The notes below the pieces were generated by a model, which saw only the letters and a list, made by a program, of their open reading frames with translations, ran no database searches and was not told the origin of the DNA. Source: Octopus bimaculoides (lineage: Eukaryota). From it: DNA of 64,000 bases. The translations under genes were made by a program, and so were the position numbers. Position 1 is the first letter of the stretch, and every line of letters begins with the position of its first letter. Positions 12,163 to 26,112 of the stretch are shown in pieces. The stretch lies in contig NC_068981.1 in NCBI RefSeq assembly GCF_001194135.2, forward strand, positions 59,719,172 to 59,783,171, read 5' to 3'.

Positions 12163-12373
12163 TTCTATCAAAGGCACAAGTCCTGAAATTTGTTAGGAGC
12201 GGGAAGGTCGATCACATCGGCCTCAGTGTTTCACTGTTACTTAAATTATCGACCCCGAAAGGATAAAAGGCAAAGTCGACTCCGACAGAATTTGAACTCA
12301 GAACGTAAAGACGGATGAAATGTCGCAAAGCATTTTTGCGCGGCATGTTAACGATTTTGCCAGCTCGCCGCCT
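12163..12373 (-). mobile_element. SINE family A, near-complete copy
   Basis: The reverse complement begins GGCGGCGAGCTGGCAAAATCGTTAAC and continues GAGTTCAAATTC...GTCGACTTTGCC...GGGGTCGATAA. Many homologues are present in the window. Confidence 0.85.
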
Positions 12374-12473
12374 TATACCTACACATATATGCATACAGTT
12401 ATAAATACATATTGATATATCTAGAAGTATATTTGAATGTATATATTTTAAATATGTACATACNNNNNNNNNN

Positions 12474-14731
12474 AGTCATTTTATGTCAACCATGCAAGAC
12501 ATGTGTGCCAAATACGTGCCAAAAAGAAAGACCAGCAAACATGCCAATAGAATTCCTAGAGACAGGAAAATCCTTATGAGACACAGAACAAAAGTCTCAA
12601 ACCAGTTAAATAGAGAACTGGAGGATAGGAAAAGGGCTAAATTGAAACTAAAACTGTTAGAAATAGAAAGCAAGATCAAACTCTCCCACGAAAAGGAGAG
12701 AGAGCAGAGAAGAGAGCAGTAGAAAGCATAAAAACAAACCCCAAGGCTTTCTATAGATTTGCAAAAGAGACTGCTACGGCACAGTATAAAATAGGACCAC
12801 TATTTCTGCCTAATGGCTCACTGACTGCTGACCAAACATGGATAAATGAAGTGCTCAGTGCGCAATTCAAGAGTGTCTTCACTTCTCTGAGTCACATGCA
12901 GATAAAGAACCCAGCTGATTTCTTTGACAATATCACTCAGCAGAAAAAGACTGCATCCATTACTTACATTGACATTGAAGAGAAAGATGTAATAACTGCC
13001 ATAAACGAAATGAGCTCAAATTCGGAAACTGGCCCCGATGGTTTCCTTGCTGTCCTCTTAAAGTTGTGTAGACAAGAATTAGCGGGACCACTCCGGATAC
13101 TCTTCCAGAGTTTCCTTGCAAGTGGTAAACTTCCCAAAAAGCTGAAGGAAGGCACCATATGTCCTATCCATAAAGGTGGAAGCAGAGCAGAGGCTGGGAA
13201 CTACAGGCCCATCTCTCTGACTTCACATATTAGCAAAATCATGGAACGAATTGTCAGAAGGAGATTGACTGCGTTCCTAGAAGAAAATGACTTGCTGAAT
13301 GAGACCCAGCATGGTTTCCGTCCAGGTAGAAGTTGCCTCACGCAGTTCTTGCAGCATTATGACTGGGTCCTGAAGCAACTACTTGACCATTCAAATGTTG
13401 ATGTGATATATCTCGACTTTGCAAAAGCCTTTGACAAAGTTGATCATGGCTTGATATGTCACAAGCTGCGAAACCTTGGCATAGATAGTAAATTAGGAGA
13501 ATAGCTGCTTGACTTCCTGAATAGTAGAAGTCAGACAGTTGCAACCAATGGAGAACTATCTAGGGAAACGCAAATATTGAGCGGTGTTCCGCAAAGAACT
13601 GTCCTGGGTCCATTACTGTTCATAGTGGCCCTTCTTGACATGCCCACGGTCACTCGGAGTGCCACTGTCACTAGCTACGCTGATGATACAAAACTATCTC
13701 AGGCAATAAAGAATCCTGATGATATTATAAGGCTGCAGAATGACCTAAATGCAATATACAAGTGGGCAGAGCAAAATAATATGCAGTTCAATGCAAAAAA
13801 ATTCAAGTACTGCGCTACAAGGCCACAAGTGCCTCCCAACTGGCATACACAGGACCTGGAGGTACTGCAATCCCAGAACCACAAACAGTAAAAGACCTGG
13901 GCATCAACATGTGTAGTNNNNNNNNNNNNNNNNNNNNNNNNNNNNNNNNNNNNNNNNNNNNNNNNNNNNNNNNNNNNNNNNNNNNNNNNNNNNNNNNNNN
14001 NNNNNNNNNNNNNNNNNNNNNNNNNNNNNNNNNNNNNNNNNNNNNNNNNNNNNNNNNNNNNNNNNNNNNNNNNNNNNNNNNNNNNNNNNNNNNNNNNNNN
14101 NNNNNNNNNNNNNNNNNNNNNNNNNNNNNNNNNNNNNNNNNNNNNNNNNNNNNNNNNNNNNNNNNNNNNNNNNNNNNNNNNNNNNNNNNNNNNNNNNNNN
14201 NNNNNNNNNNNNNNNNNNNNNNNNNNNNNNNNNNNNNNNNNNNNNNNNNNNNNNNNNNNNNNNNNNNNNNNNNNNNNNNNNNNNNNNNNNNNNNNNNNNN
14301 NNNNNNNNNNNNNNNNNNNNNNNNNNNNNNNNNNNNNNNNNNNNNNNNNNNNNNNNNNNNNNNNNNNNNNNNNNNNNNNNNNNNNNNNNNNNNNNNNNNN
14401 NNNNNNNNNNNNNNNNNNNNNNNNNNNNNNNNNNNNNNNNNNNNNNNNNNNNNNNNNNNNNNNNNNNNNNNNNNNNNNNNNNNNNNNNNNNNNNNNNNNN
14501 NNNNCTGCAAGACATGGATATAGAGGTCTTCAAGACAAAACTCGACGCTTTCCTCTCCACGATATCACACGAACCAATGGCTCGGAATGAGACACAGTTT
14601 AGGGCAGCGATGTCAAATTCTCTTATACACCAGATGTGCCATCAAAACTCTTGATTGGACTATATCAGGTGGAGAAGAAGAGCCATGCAAGGAACGTGAA
14701 GAGAACACAGCATAAAGACAGAAACCCATAA

Positions 14732-14740
<9 letters not shown>
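12474..14740 (+). mobile_element. CR1/Jockey-like LINE, 5'-truncated RT pseudogene
   Basis: The ORF pieces carry the RT motifs GPDG, NYRPISLTSHISKIMERIV, QHGFRPGRSC, YLDFAKAFDKVDH, SGVPQRTVLGPLLF and YADDTK. There is an in-frame TAG at 13502-13504 and a gap at 13918-14504, and the 3' end runs into (TA)n. Confidence 0.93.
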
Positions 14741-14769
<29 letters not shown>

Positions 14770-15960
14770 TCACACATGTATGCATGCATATATACATATA
14801 CACAGGCACCCGTACATATATTTGTCTGTATGTGCTTATGTATGTACGTATCTATGCATGTCTGTTCGTGCTCAGTGTTGAATATTGTAAGCAGTATCTT
14901 TAATGGCGTTAATATTTACTTTGTCAGTTGTATATTCTAAACAGGATAAATTCCATCATGGTTTCTAAGTAACCAAAGGGAATCCTAATTTGGCATTCAT
15001 CAAATATGCAAACTTAAGCTTCCATCTGCCAACTCACTTGACAGATATGCATTTGTTTATACATTACTACTTCATTTAAAAACATTTATTATTTTCTTCT
15101 AATCTCCAGTCTGTGAATAATATAATTCAAAATAAACAATTTTCATAATGTTATGTCTTGATTCATTGGATGTTTTACTTTTTATAATACATTAAAGAAT
15201 TAATATTTCAGGTTTGAATTTTTTAGCGAAATTTTAAAATATAATTTGCAATCCAAAATTTCTTTCATGTTTTAATTTTATTCTATTCTTTTTACGGGTA
15301 ATGTACTAACGAATTTTTAATTTGTGATAATGAAGGAAAGAAAATCTGATAAATATTAGATAGTTTCCAAACCAAAACAATTTGTCAGATTTTTCTCAAA
15401 CCCTGCAATGTGCTGTTATATTTGTTTTCTCTCTTTAGACATATATNNNNNNNNNNNNNNNNNNNNNNNNNNNNNNNNNNNNNNNNNNNNNNNNNNNNNN
15501 NNNNNNNNNNNNNNNNNNNNNNNNNNNNNNNNNNNNNNNNNNNNNNNNNNNNNNNNNNNNNNNNNNNNNNNNNNNNNNNNNNNNNNNNNNNNNNNNNNNN
15601 NNNNNNNNNNNNNNNNNNNNNNNNNNNNNNNNNNNNNNNNNNNNNNNNNNNNNNNNNNNNNNNNNNNNNNNNNNNNNNNNNNNNNNNNNNNNNNNNNNNN
15701 NNNNNNNNNNNNNNNNNNNNNNNNNNNNNNNNNNNNNNNNNNNNNNNNNNNNNNNNNNNNNNNNNNNNNNNNNNNNNNNNNNNNNNNNNNNNNNNNNNNN
15801 NNNNNNNNNNNNNNNNNNNNNNNNNNNNNNNNNNNNNNNNNNNNNNNNNNNNNNNNNNNNNNNNNNNNNNNNNNNNNNNNNNNNNNNNNNNNNNNNNNNN
15901 NNNNNNNNNNNNNNNNNNNNNNNNNNNNNNNNNNNNNNNNNNNNNNNNNNNNNNNACTCT

Positions 15961-16004
<44 letters not shown>

Positions 16005-18777
16005 CTTAGATAACCAGTATTGGCCCAGGTCATGTCTAACTTTATAGCACCACACTTAGTGAAGTCTTTTAGATCGTGATTCACACCTCAGTCATTTATG
16101 AAACACCATGGCCCACTCTAGCAAAGAGTTATTATTGTTGGAGGTATATCTGTGTGTAGGAGGTTGGTCCGGGATTCTTTGGAGAAATTTATCCAGAGAA
16201 TTTTAAAATTTAATGGGATCTGTTTCCATTTTGATGTATTTTGGTATAATATTAAAGAGAGCTAGACCGGTTGAGATAAAGTAGTTGTGTCGTAATGTTG
16301 TTATGTGTCTTGAGTTCGATTTTTGTAGTGGGCGGATAGCACGGGGGCCAATTCTTAGGTAGATTTTAACATTGATGCCAACATTATTTGTACAATATTG
16401 ATGGAATATATTCCACATCACACAAATGATGTAGTGCTTACGGCAGCGTTGGAGAGAGTAGAGACTGAGTTTTTCAATCGACCCCAATTTTCAATGCCTG
16501 TCATGCCGTCTATCGTTCTTGTTATTGACCTCTGGAGTACTTCCACTTTGATAATGCTTTGCTTCGTGTGGGGAGACCACAATGGGCAACACTATTCAAA
16601 GTGAGGGGCAAAATTAGAGTAGAGAAGGATGATGATCTCAGCATCTCTAGACCAGAATCCAGGAACATATATTGCGGGCCAAGTCAACCTTGCTGTTTAC
16701 ATGGGAACTTCAGCTTAGATTGTTGTCAACAATCACTCCAAGGTCGCTGATGTTGATGCATGAGACTAGGGAGTCTCCCGAGGGAAGGGCATATAGTAGT
16801 TTCAGAGTATCCACGTTTCCAAAGTGGATTGAATTAAACTTATCTTCATTTTGAAGCCTATTTTTCTTTTCCGCCCATTGGACAACAACAAACAGATCCA
16901 ATTGAAGGCATGTTCGATCATCCATGATGTTTATGGCCTTCTGGAGCTTGGAACCTTCTGCAAAGATTTTCAATGTACAATGTTTGATGACGTCTACTAT
17001 GTCATTCATGTAGATAATGAAGAACAGTGGGTCCAACACAGTACCTTGTGAGACATCACTACTGTCTTTGGCTGAACTTGAAGGGATTCCCTCAAACACA
17101 TGTTGGGTTCTGTTCGTTACGAAACACTTTATCCTCTGCTGCAGCTTTCCACGGAATCCAATGTTGGACAATTTCTTCAGCAGGATTTTGTGGTCCACTC
17201 TATCAAATGCCTTGCTGAAATCAAGGTATATGACATCAGTGTTGGAACCTTCTCCCAAAGCTTTTAAAATGTCATCAAAATGATGCCGAAGCTGCGACAG
17301 CCAGTCCCTGCCATAACGGAAACCATGCTAGTTGGGGTTCAGCGGATTGTTGTCTTCGAGGAAGTGGGTTATTCGCAAACCCACCACCCTCTCAAATACT
17401 TTAATGATATGAGAGGTGAGTGAAATCGAACGGTAGTTCGCTGCAAGAGATTTGTTTATATGTTTTGAAAATTGAAAGACAGACTGGGAAAGAAAATGAT
17501 CAGGAATGTAGCCTGCGTCCAGTGAATTCCAGCTGAGCTCAGCTAGAGGGGGTGCAATTTGATGTCGGCACACCTCAGGACAGTGGCCGGGAACCTATCG
17601 GGGGGCAACTGCCGAGTTGTCCTTGAAGTTATTTATTTCTGTTAGGATATCTGGAGCAGCAAAAGTTATGTCAGATATAGTTAGCTGAGGGTTTACATCA
17701 CTGACACTAGCCAGATAAACTGCATTACCGTTTCTGAAAACAGAGCAGTATTGTTTCTACAATATCTCGCGCTTGGATTTTGCATCATCATGTAGAATAT
17801 TGTTCTCATCTACCAGAAGACCGAAAGTGGAAAGAGCGACTCTATGTTTATTTTTTTAATTATTTTTGTTTTTTTGCAAATGAAAAGAACACCTTGGGAT
17901 TGAGTTTCATTTTCTCAATGGCCCAATTCTCCACAGTTGCTCTTTGTTAATGATGGTCGTCGTGCTTTCTTGGAGGTTGTTTATTCGATTCGAGTGATGC
18001 AATTTTAGTCGAATTGGTGAGTTGCTGCTGGCAGTATTTGAGTTGGTTGATTTTTTGTTAATTCTTTTAATTTTTCTGATAATTGCTCTTGTATTTCTAA
18101 GGATTTTGCGTTTAGGTTTGTTTACTGATCTTAATGGGGTATATTTTGAGTATATTTTTGTTACAGTTTCTACAAATGTCTGCCATGCCGTGTTTATGTT
18201 GGTAGGGGTGTGTGCGTGCGTGAAGGCCCAATCAACTTGTAAAAGATCATGATTGATCGCATCCCAGTCTACGTTATAAAGATCCATAGTGTCAAATCGA
18301 TGGGCTGAAGAGATGTCATTGGGTTTGACCTTTGGATGGTGGAATCTCAGCTCACAGAGAACCATGTCATGGTCAGAGTGTAGTAGTGTCTTTTCCACTG
18401 CAGTATTGTAAACAGTGTCAGTGTGGTTACTGAACACAAGGTCCATGGTATTTTTGTGACACCTTGTTGGTTCAGCAACAAGTTGGGTGAAGAAAAACTC
18501 ATCCATGAAATCAAAAAGGAATTCAATTGCTTCTTCTTCAGGGGATGAGGTGGAAAGACCTGGTTTCAAGCTGTTTGTGGACCAGTCAACACTGGGAAAG
18601 TTGATGTCCCCATCATGAATATGTTGTCGGCATGACACTGACAGATGAAACACTAAATACTGTTAAGGCATTCCTTGAAGTGTAGTAGAGGAGTTTGAGG
18701 TGGCCTATAGAGCCCAACTACCACTAAATTGTTGGTTTTATTGTACACAGAAGCTGATTCACAGTAGCCATTGGTCA

Positions 18778-18778
<1 letters not shown>
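16005..18778 (-). mobile_element. Second CR1-like LINE (APE endonuclease plus RT), fragmented
   Basis: Endonuclease motifs: GLYRPP, GDINFPSVDW, TQLVAEPTR, MDLVFSN. RT motifs: NYRSISLTSHIIKVFER, YLDFSKAFDRVDH, VSQGTVLDPLFF. C-terminus: KLSLYSLQR. Multiple frameshifts and stops. Confidence 0.92.
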
Positions 18779-18780
<2 letters not shown>

Positions 18781-18857
<77 letters not shown>

Positions 18858-18880
18858 ATACATACGTATATGCGTGTGTG
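18781..18880. repeat. (CA)n microsatellite at the LINE 5' boundary
   Basis: Read directly from the sequence. Confidence 0.95.
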
Positions 18881-19297
18881 CGTGTTTAAAATTCCTTGTA
18901 CAATTTTACTGAAGTGAGTCAAGAGCCGTTCCATTGAGTAGAAGATTCTCTGATGGAAGGAATCAATAGATGTGCATGTGTAGTGCAATACATAAGAGTA
19001 GGGAGTTTGGAAATTCTTGACGCTGACTCCAAACATTCTCAATAGTCACTGAAGAAGAGACATTAAAAATGCGGGAAGAAAAGGAAAGTGAAAGAAATGA
19101 TTGAGACAGAAGCAAAATCTACATTCAAACACAATGGTGTGTTTGTATGTAGATTTTGCTTCTTTTTAATGTAACCCTTCTCGCTTGGAATCCCCATTCT
19201 TGACTTGAAGAACTGCATCCATCCTTATTTCTCTATAATAAAATGACCCAATTATTTCGTTCACCTTTTCGCCCACATTTTCCATGCTTCTTTCTCT

Positions 19298-19330
<33 letters not shown>

Positions 19331-19693
19331 NNNNNNNNNNNNNNNNNNNNNNNNNNNNNNNNNNNNNNNNNNNNNNNNNNNNNNNNNNNNNNNNNNNNNN
19401 NNNNNNNNNNNNNNNNNNNNNNNNNNNNNNNNNNNNNNNNNNNNNNNNNNNNNNNNNNNNNNNNNNNNNNNNNNNNNNNNNNNNNNNNNNNNNNNNNNNN
19501 NNNNNNNNNNNNNNNNNNNNNNNNNNNNNNNNNNNNNNNNNNNNNNNNNNNNNNNNNNNNNNNNNNNNNNNNNNNNNNNNNNNNNNNNNNNNNNNNNNNN
19601 NNNNNNNNNNNTCATACTGAACTACTTGGCAAAATTGTTAATTGTTAATTCTATTATTAATTGACGATTCCCTGCCCTTATTCTTGTATATTT

Positions 19694-19767
<74 letters not shown>

Positions 19768-20370
19768 AAGAGAGAGAGAAAGAAAGTGGAAAAGAGAAAA
19801 AGAGAGAGATGTATATGTATCTATATATATATGTGTGTATATATAAGTATACATATCAATATATACATCGAGAGAAGGTGAGAGAGAGAGAGAGAGTGTG
19901 CGTGTGAGAAAAGATAATAGAAGAGAAGCACATATATTAATACTCTACAAGAAATTAGATTTCTTTCATGTCACTTCTAGATAACACTATATAAATTTCT
20001 TGATATAAATCCTGTAGATTTGTATCACACTGCATAATTAAACCGTCAGGGTATCTTACGAACGTCGAAATTTATTCTTCTTAGGCCCTACTTTTCTAAT
20101 AATCAAAGCTCTTCAATGAAATAACATGTACGTAATTCAATATTAAATGTGTCTTAGTAGGTGAAGTTAAAGTTGGTTCAATGACTATTAGTATGAGTAT
20201 AAATAATATTCCGTCAAGTAAACGCTAGCATAACAAAAAGAATTTCAATTTATATTATGGTAATAAAATATAAATAAATAGGTAATTGTTATTTTACTTG
20301 AATTCGTGTTAAAATGCATACGCATATAAGCACACACAAGCATATGTGCAGACATACTCATACACACTAA

Positions 20371-20371
<1 letters not shown>

Positions 20372-20442
<71 letters not shown>
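20372..20442. repeat. (CTAT)n tetranucleotide microsatellite
   Basis: Read directly from the sequence. Confidence 0.97.
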
Positions 20443-21899
20443 AGTTGTATTTAGAATTAAAGCTTAGGTAGGAGTGCAATTGATTCCACGAAATCCTTCC
20501 CTACCCACTAGGGAGCAGTGCAGAATTAAGAGACCAAAGCTACTCTATAGAAATATATTTTTAATCAAAGATTTAGTGCAGATCAGAAAGTAAATGCACC
20601 TCTTAATGAGTTCAAACCAATAAAATCTTCCAGTACACGTTATACACGTTCAGAACTTACGAGTTTTATCAGAAAAAAATAAACACAGAGCTGCACTTGA
20701 TTTACCTAAATAACTGCCTGTAAGTTAGTTCATAATGATACGATCAATATTACTGTCTTTGTGATGAATTAGTATAATTCCCAATAGCAGAGATGTAATT
20801 CAGGACATTTATCCTATTAAAAACTTTACTCTTTATGCAATATGCAATCAATTTAATATTACCTTATGTCAAAAGTATTAATTTTCCTTATATTAGCTTT
20901 TCTTTGAAGTAGACTGAATTATGCTTGTCTAGCTCAGTGTTACAAAAATGGATTTTTTTTTTATCAAACGCCCATTTATAACAGTTGGATGGTTGTTACC
21001 ATACAAAACTTTTAGTTTTATGTAACAAAGGAAGCGTCTGTAATTAAACTTAACTATAAGATAGAAAGATCACTACCTCTTCATTGCTGCCACCATGAGC
21101 GGTAGAGACCAATTTGTGAATCACTGACGTAGATGTTCGTTGGGCACTAAATTAAAAATTTAATATAGGTTACTTTGATTATTCTGTTACTGATGTAATG
21201 AAACTTGGATAAATTCTGTGGATTACGGTTTAAATGTAGATCTATGTCTATCTAACACATGTTTTATTTTACCTCGTCTCTCATTTTGTTGTACTGTACA
21301 TTTATCGATGTACAAACAGCCTTCCTTATATTATTGGTAAAAGCAAGTACTTGCAATAACATCTAAATTCAAGAAGAATATACCTAATGTTTGTCCAACA
21401 GATATTTAGATAGGTTGGAAACAATGTAGGAATGCTATTAATATTCATTACAACATTATTTACAAAATGCAATATATGTACTTAAGAAACTCACTAATAG
21501 AATACAAAGTATGAAATTTATTTCACCTGTTTAATTTGTAATACGCATAAACATTTATCACTCTGTGAAGCAGGAACAACGGTGAAATTCATCAGATGGT
21601 TAGATGGAGCTTTTAAAAGTGGAAAGAGCAAGTAATGGATTATCGTCGACAAGAGAATATTACTTCGCAACTATATTAATTCCTTAATTTAAGCAGATCA
21701 TATAAGACCAGTAATTCTTAACAATACACTAATTCGCAAATCCTATTGTTTAGATTTTCATGTAACTTTGTATCTCAGTTCTTTTCATAAGTAACCGTTG
21801 CAGAATTATATTATACTTAGTTATATATTATTCGATATTCACTAATAAAGGCATTAACATTTTACCAAAAACTTATGCATAACATACTTATTTCGTAGT

Positions 21900-22320
21900 A
21901 AACTAGTATATTCAAACAAACTTAGTATTAAGTTCAAGATGGTAAGGTACATGTATCTACCAAATAACGAGAAATCCTGGAAGCAAGAAGTCAACTGAAA
22001 TTCATGTGCTGATGCTGAGAAATAAACAACTACAAAAAGAAATATAATTTCTTCAATGTAGCAAACCTAGATCGCATGTTGCATACACCGGGAATTAGTT
22101 CAATAACTATTCAGAAATTTAAAACGGCCATGCAATCAATTTGAGCGAAAATCCCAGAAGTTGATAATCCAATAATTTGCACACGTAGACGTTTGAACTC
22201 AACACGCTTTTGCAAATAATTCCTTTTACATGTTCCTACATGCAAACTAAAAACATACTGAAACGCTAATAAAAATATATATATCAAAATATATTAATAG
22301 AGCGAAGGAAAAATCTCCAT
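21900..22320 (+). mobile_element. Highly degraded Tc1-like transposase 3' remnant
   Basis: Manual translation ...TIQKFKTAMQSI*AKIPEVD...RRRL resembles Tc1 C-termini (LK.A...IW..IP......RL). Confidence 0.35.
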
Positions 22321-22559
22321 GTATTCAGTTTGATTTGAGTAGCAAACAAATCTTTCAAACTAATGTCAAATTTCAATTTATTTCCTTAAAGAAGAAACAT
22401 TAAGTAATATAATCCTAAATAAGCAATGCCAGAGAAATAAAATAACAAGTTAGTCATAACTGAAACGCCTTTGATTCTCGTTCTGCATCATTAAGGTAGA
22501 TCTGGGTTAAACATCATTAGCAACACATAAAATTATATAGACAAAGACATTCGAACATC

Positions 22560-22940
22560 CAAACAGATCCCCACCCTCCACATCTCTATCCTTTTCCACC
22601 AGCTTTGCGCATTTTCCCGCCTTTCGTGATCATCATGCAGCCATAGTCCTAGTGGATACATGGAATGCTACCCTTAACAAAAGAAATAATTGAAGCTCAA
22701 GCTCACGTTTACCATATATAGCATCATCTGCTTCACTTAGTAATTCTCTAACATCTTCCAGTCAGTTGCCACTGATAACATCCCATAAATACAAAGACAG
22801 AACAAACTCTCCACCTCTTTCCTTTTACTCTTCCTACACAAATTTAATGCCTTTTCTGTAGATTCTCTTTTACTCTTTCGTTTGTACCATCTTGCAGTAA
22901 CCTCTTCCAGCTGCCGCAGTACTTCAGTGTATCACCAAGT
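22560..22940 (-). mobile_element. Degraded RTE-like LINE fragment (RT C-terminal region)
   Basis: Minus-strand remnants (EFVLSLYLWDVIS...DVRELL; downstream residues like MLHGSETW) resemble the RTE thumb region. Heavily mutated. Confidence 0.45.
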
Positions 22941-23659
22941 ATAAACCGCTTGAAAAGATCCAGAACGAGACAACGTGTATTTTAGCGAATATTTTGTCTT
23001 CTTGCAGAACCTGCACATCTCACGTACTAGGTAAAAAAGCCCAATATTTTCGTTGAAAATAAAATAGTCTTGTAAGGAAAGTGAAATCGTTTCAACAGTT
23101 TTGCTAGTCGTTATTTGTCTCTTCATTGCTTACCGCTAACTCAATTACACAGCTTTCATATTGAACTAACTCAAAAGAGCAGTACTACAAATCATAAGCG
23201 CCGTACATACATATAGAAATAACCTATGGCTTTGTGAGGCCCCAAATCAATGCGGCTTCACAGCAACTTGTGATTGTGGTCACAACAGCAATCTATATTA
23301 GCATATGTAGCATATGATGTGTATAACGGCACTCATTAACATATAAATAAAGCAGTTAATCCAGTCTATAAAGCAACTTCTGGCAGTATATTCAAAACAA
23401 CAGAGGGCAATCCGACATTCATAAACCCAAATGTTTATTACATCACACCACAAAGTAAATTATATCCTTTACATAAACCATATTTATACTGCGAACTCAG
23501 TATAATGTTTTCAGTCTGTAACATGTACTGTCTACTTAGCCAAAAAAAAAAAATAATAAATAAAAGGAAAAGAGAAGCAGCGAATAAATCGCTCACAAAT
23601 GCCACAGACAAGTACAAGTATGTATCTATATTGAAGGGAAGCAAACATCTAATTCATAC

Positions 23660-23833
23660 CTCACGCTAAGAAAGGCTGATAGGAGCGATATGCTTGAGTC
23701 GATTGTGCCAACCATCATGATATCGCTTGGCGTTCGGAACGTCAGCAAAACAATCTGCCTATGTTCAGAGTTTGTCGATGAACGCACTTGTCGGAAGACC
23801 GACTCGGGTTTATCAATAACCGTGCACATATGA
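23660..23833 (-). CDS. Candidate internal exon, unknown protein
   Basis: 174 bp, open frame HMCTVIDKPESVFRQ...SISLLSAFLSV, acceptor AACAG, donor GAG|GTATGA, phase 2-2, GC-richer than the flanks. No recognisable domain. Confidence 0.2.
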
Positions 23834-24049
23834 CTGTTCTAACGAGTTTTAGCTTAACTCTGCAGCAATGTCCTTAAAGATACATACGTCTATGTCTAAT
23901 AGCATCAGTAGTTGCAAGAAGACTGTCATATTGTGTTGGGTAGTTTACTTTCTCCGGGAAATATTGAAAACTGTACATAACATAGTTACAAGCGCCTCCA
24001 GTCACAGTAAAATATATGCTAACAAACATAATGAGACAACCAAGCACTA

Positions 24050-24250
24050 CTAGAAGTTAATGCCAATGATTGACTAGCCCTACAGCCCCTAACCAGTAGC
24101 ACATCAGCTGTAAATGCTACAACTTCTGATATCCTGAATTATCACACCTGAACTATCACCCCACACTATCCTAAACTACCTAATGCACTTGTAATTCCCA
24201 TCATACCTTACTAACATAACTTACAAAATATTTTCTGCCACGTTTCCTTT
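24050..24250 (-). mobile_element. Possible degraded RTE-like LINE fragment
   Basis: C-rich plus strand with weak recalled similarity to RTE RT sequence; not verifiable by eye. Confidence 0.25.
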
Positions 24251-25782
24251 CCTTAATCGTGATCCACTGGAAACCTATCCCAGTTTACTGATCTAGGTTA
24301 TCATCAACTACGTCTAGATCTCTTCTGAAGGATGAAGTGCAATTGCCTTTCTTTCTCAAATTAAATAACAAAACATTTCTTTTTCTCTGTGTCTTCCTTA
24401 AATTGAATGACAAAACACTTTATCAGCAAAGGATACCCACCTGGAAATTGTGCTGTGTGATATCTGGGTAATTACACAGGATTGCACCGACGTGAACGGA
24501 CAAAACCACAGGGTATTTATTACACCTATATCTCTTCCCAATAAAATAATGAGTGCCTCAGGTTATTGAAGGTTACAAAAGAAGCGAGGATTCACGATGT
24601 ATCTGAATAATTAAATTTGACATATGTTCAAATTACTTAGCACACAAGTCAATAATTATAATATGAAAAGTCAGTCTTTCAAAATGAAAAACAAAATCTT
24701 TTTTGAAATTAAAAACCAATACACTAAACAAAGTTTCAGTCTAGTTCGGCAAGTTCATGAAAACGACAAGTAGTCGATTCGTCTCCATTCCTTTGCACTC
24801 TTAAGCCATATATGAAATCGGAAAAGTTTTCCTGCCTCAGCTAATGCATACATAAATACATACATGTGTGTGTGTGTGCGTGTGTGTGCGTGCGTGTGTG
24901 TGTGAATGAAAACCCCACAAAATCTAGAGTAATTGAAAGAAAGCTTCATTAACAGCAAAATGATATGAATAAACTAAAGATATTTACTGGTTGTTGAAAG
25001 TACCTTCGAGTTAAAGATGAACGATTTAAATTCCGGTGATTAAATTTTTATGAGTAATGGCATCATTTTTCCATTTAGCCTGGCCAGCATAATTACGCAG
25101 AACATAAATCACAACTCAAGATCATCTTCAGGAAAGGATGCCAGAATTAAAAGTTTAATCCTAAATGTAATATGCCTGAAAAATCAGACTGGATGGTCAC
25201 TACAGGAATGCTTGCGATAATGCTTTTCTCTCAGTCAACAAATTCCCTCAGAAGGACTCGAAACAAAAGATAATGGAGCGTTATTTACCCTAACAAAGCA
25301 GACGACTATTAAGGAAATATGAAAACTCATGAATAAAAATATGTATTTGGTTTGCAACATTCCTGATGTGAAATCCTGTGTTGAAACAGGTATTGTTATA
25401 TTTCGGGACGGTCTTTCTTTTTCCCAAAGAAACACACGCACTATATACTCGTTCTTCGTTTCAGCTTAAAGCTGAAGAGAAGAACGATCATATTGTACGC
25501 ATGTTTATTTGGTAAATAGAAAAAAGGAAGAAAAAGAACTATCTCGAAATATAACAATAACACGAATAAAAATTTAAACTTCTATATGTGTATGTGTGTG
25601 TATACGAGTGTATGTGTGTATGTGTGTGTGTGTATGCATGTACGTGTGCACCTGTGCTGGCTTATGTGTGCAGTGACGGGTACGTGCGGAGAGCAGACCA
25701 GATAGGGCAGCCACTTTATACCCTTGTATCTGTTATCGTCGAAGATAGATTCGATTGGGGAAGGAGCGGCCGATTTGGCTAC

Positions 25783-25837
25783 CTCGCAGGGCGTCCAAAA
25801 CTGTTGTTACACGTATACTTTGCATCGGGACATTTAA
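25783..25837 (-). CDS. Candidate 55-bp exon, unknown protein
   Basis: Acceptor ATCTTGTAG, open frame KCPDAKYTCNNSFGRPA, weak donor GTAGCC, phase 1-2. Confidence 0.12.
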
Positions 25838-25937
25838 CTACAAGATATACGTGAAAATCGCTGTTAAAACTCTTTGATACAATAACTGTGCTATACATTC
25901 ATAATATTGGCTGAAAGTTAGTTATGTGAAATATTAA

Positions 25938-26112
25938 TTTCAAATGTTGGCACAAAACCAGCAATTATTGGGGATGGATTAAATCGATTACATCGACCTC
26001 AGTGTTCTACTGGTACTTAATTTATCGATTTCGAAAGGATGATAGGCAAAGTCTACCTCGGCAGAATTTGATTTCAGAATGTAAAGACAGATGAAATGCC
26101 GCTAAGCATTCT
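25938..26112 (-). mobile_element. SINE family A copy lacking its head
   Basis: GGCAAAGTCTACCTCGGCAGAATTTGA...GTAAAGACAGATGAAATGCCGCTAAGCATT aligns with 12163-12373. Confidence 0.85.

Noticed and set aside
21088-21130. Perfect Kozak context GCCACCATGA
   Set aside because: It opens only a 10-codon ORF (MSGRDQFVNH*) with no supporting promoter or splice evidence.
23008-23030. 23-bp micro-exon with a strong acceptor
   Set aside because: Too short to distinguish from chance in 64 kb of AT-rich DNA.
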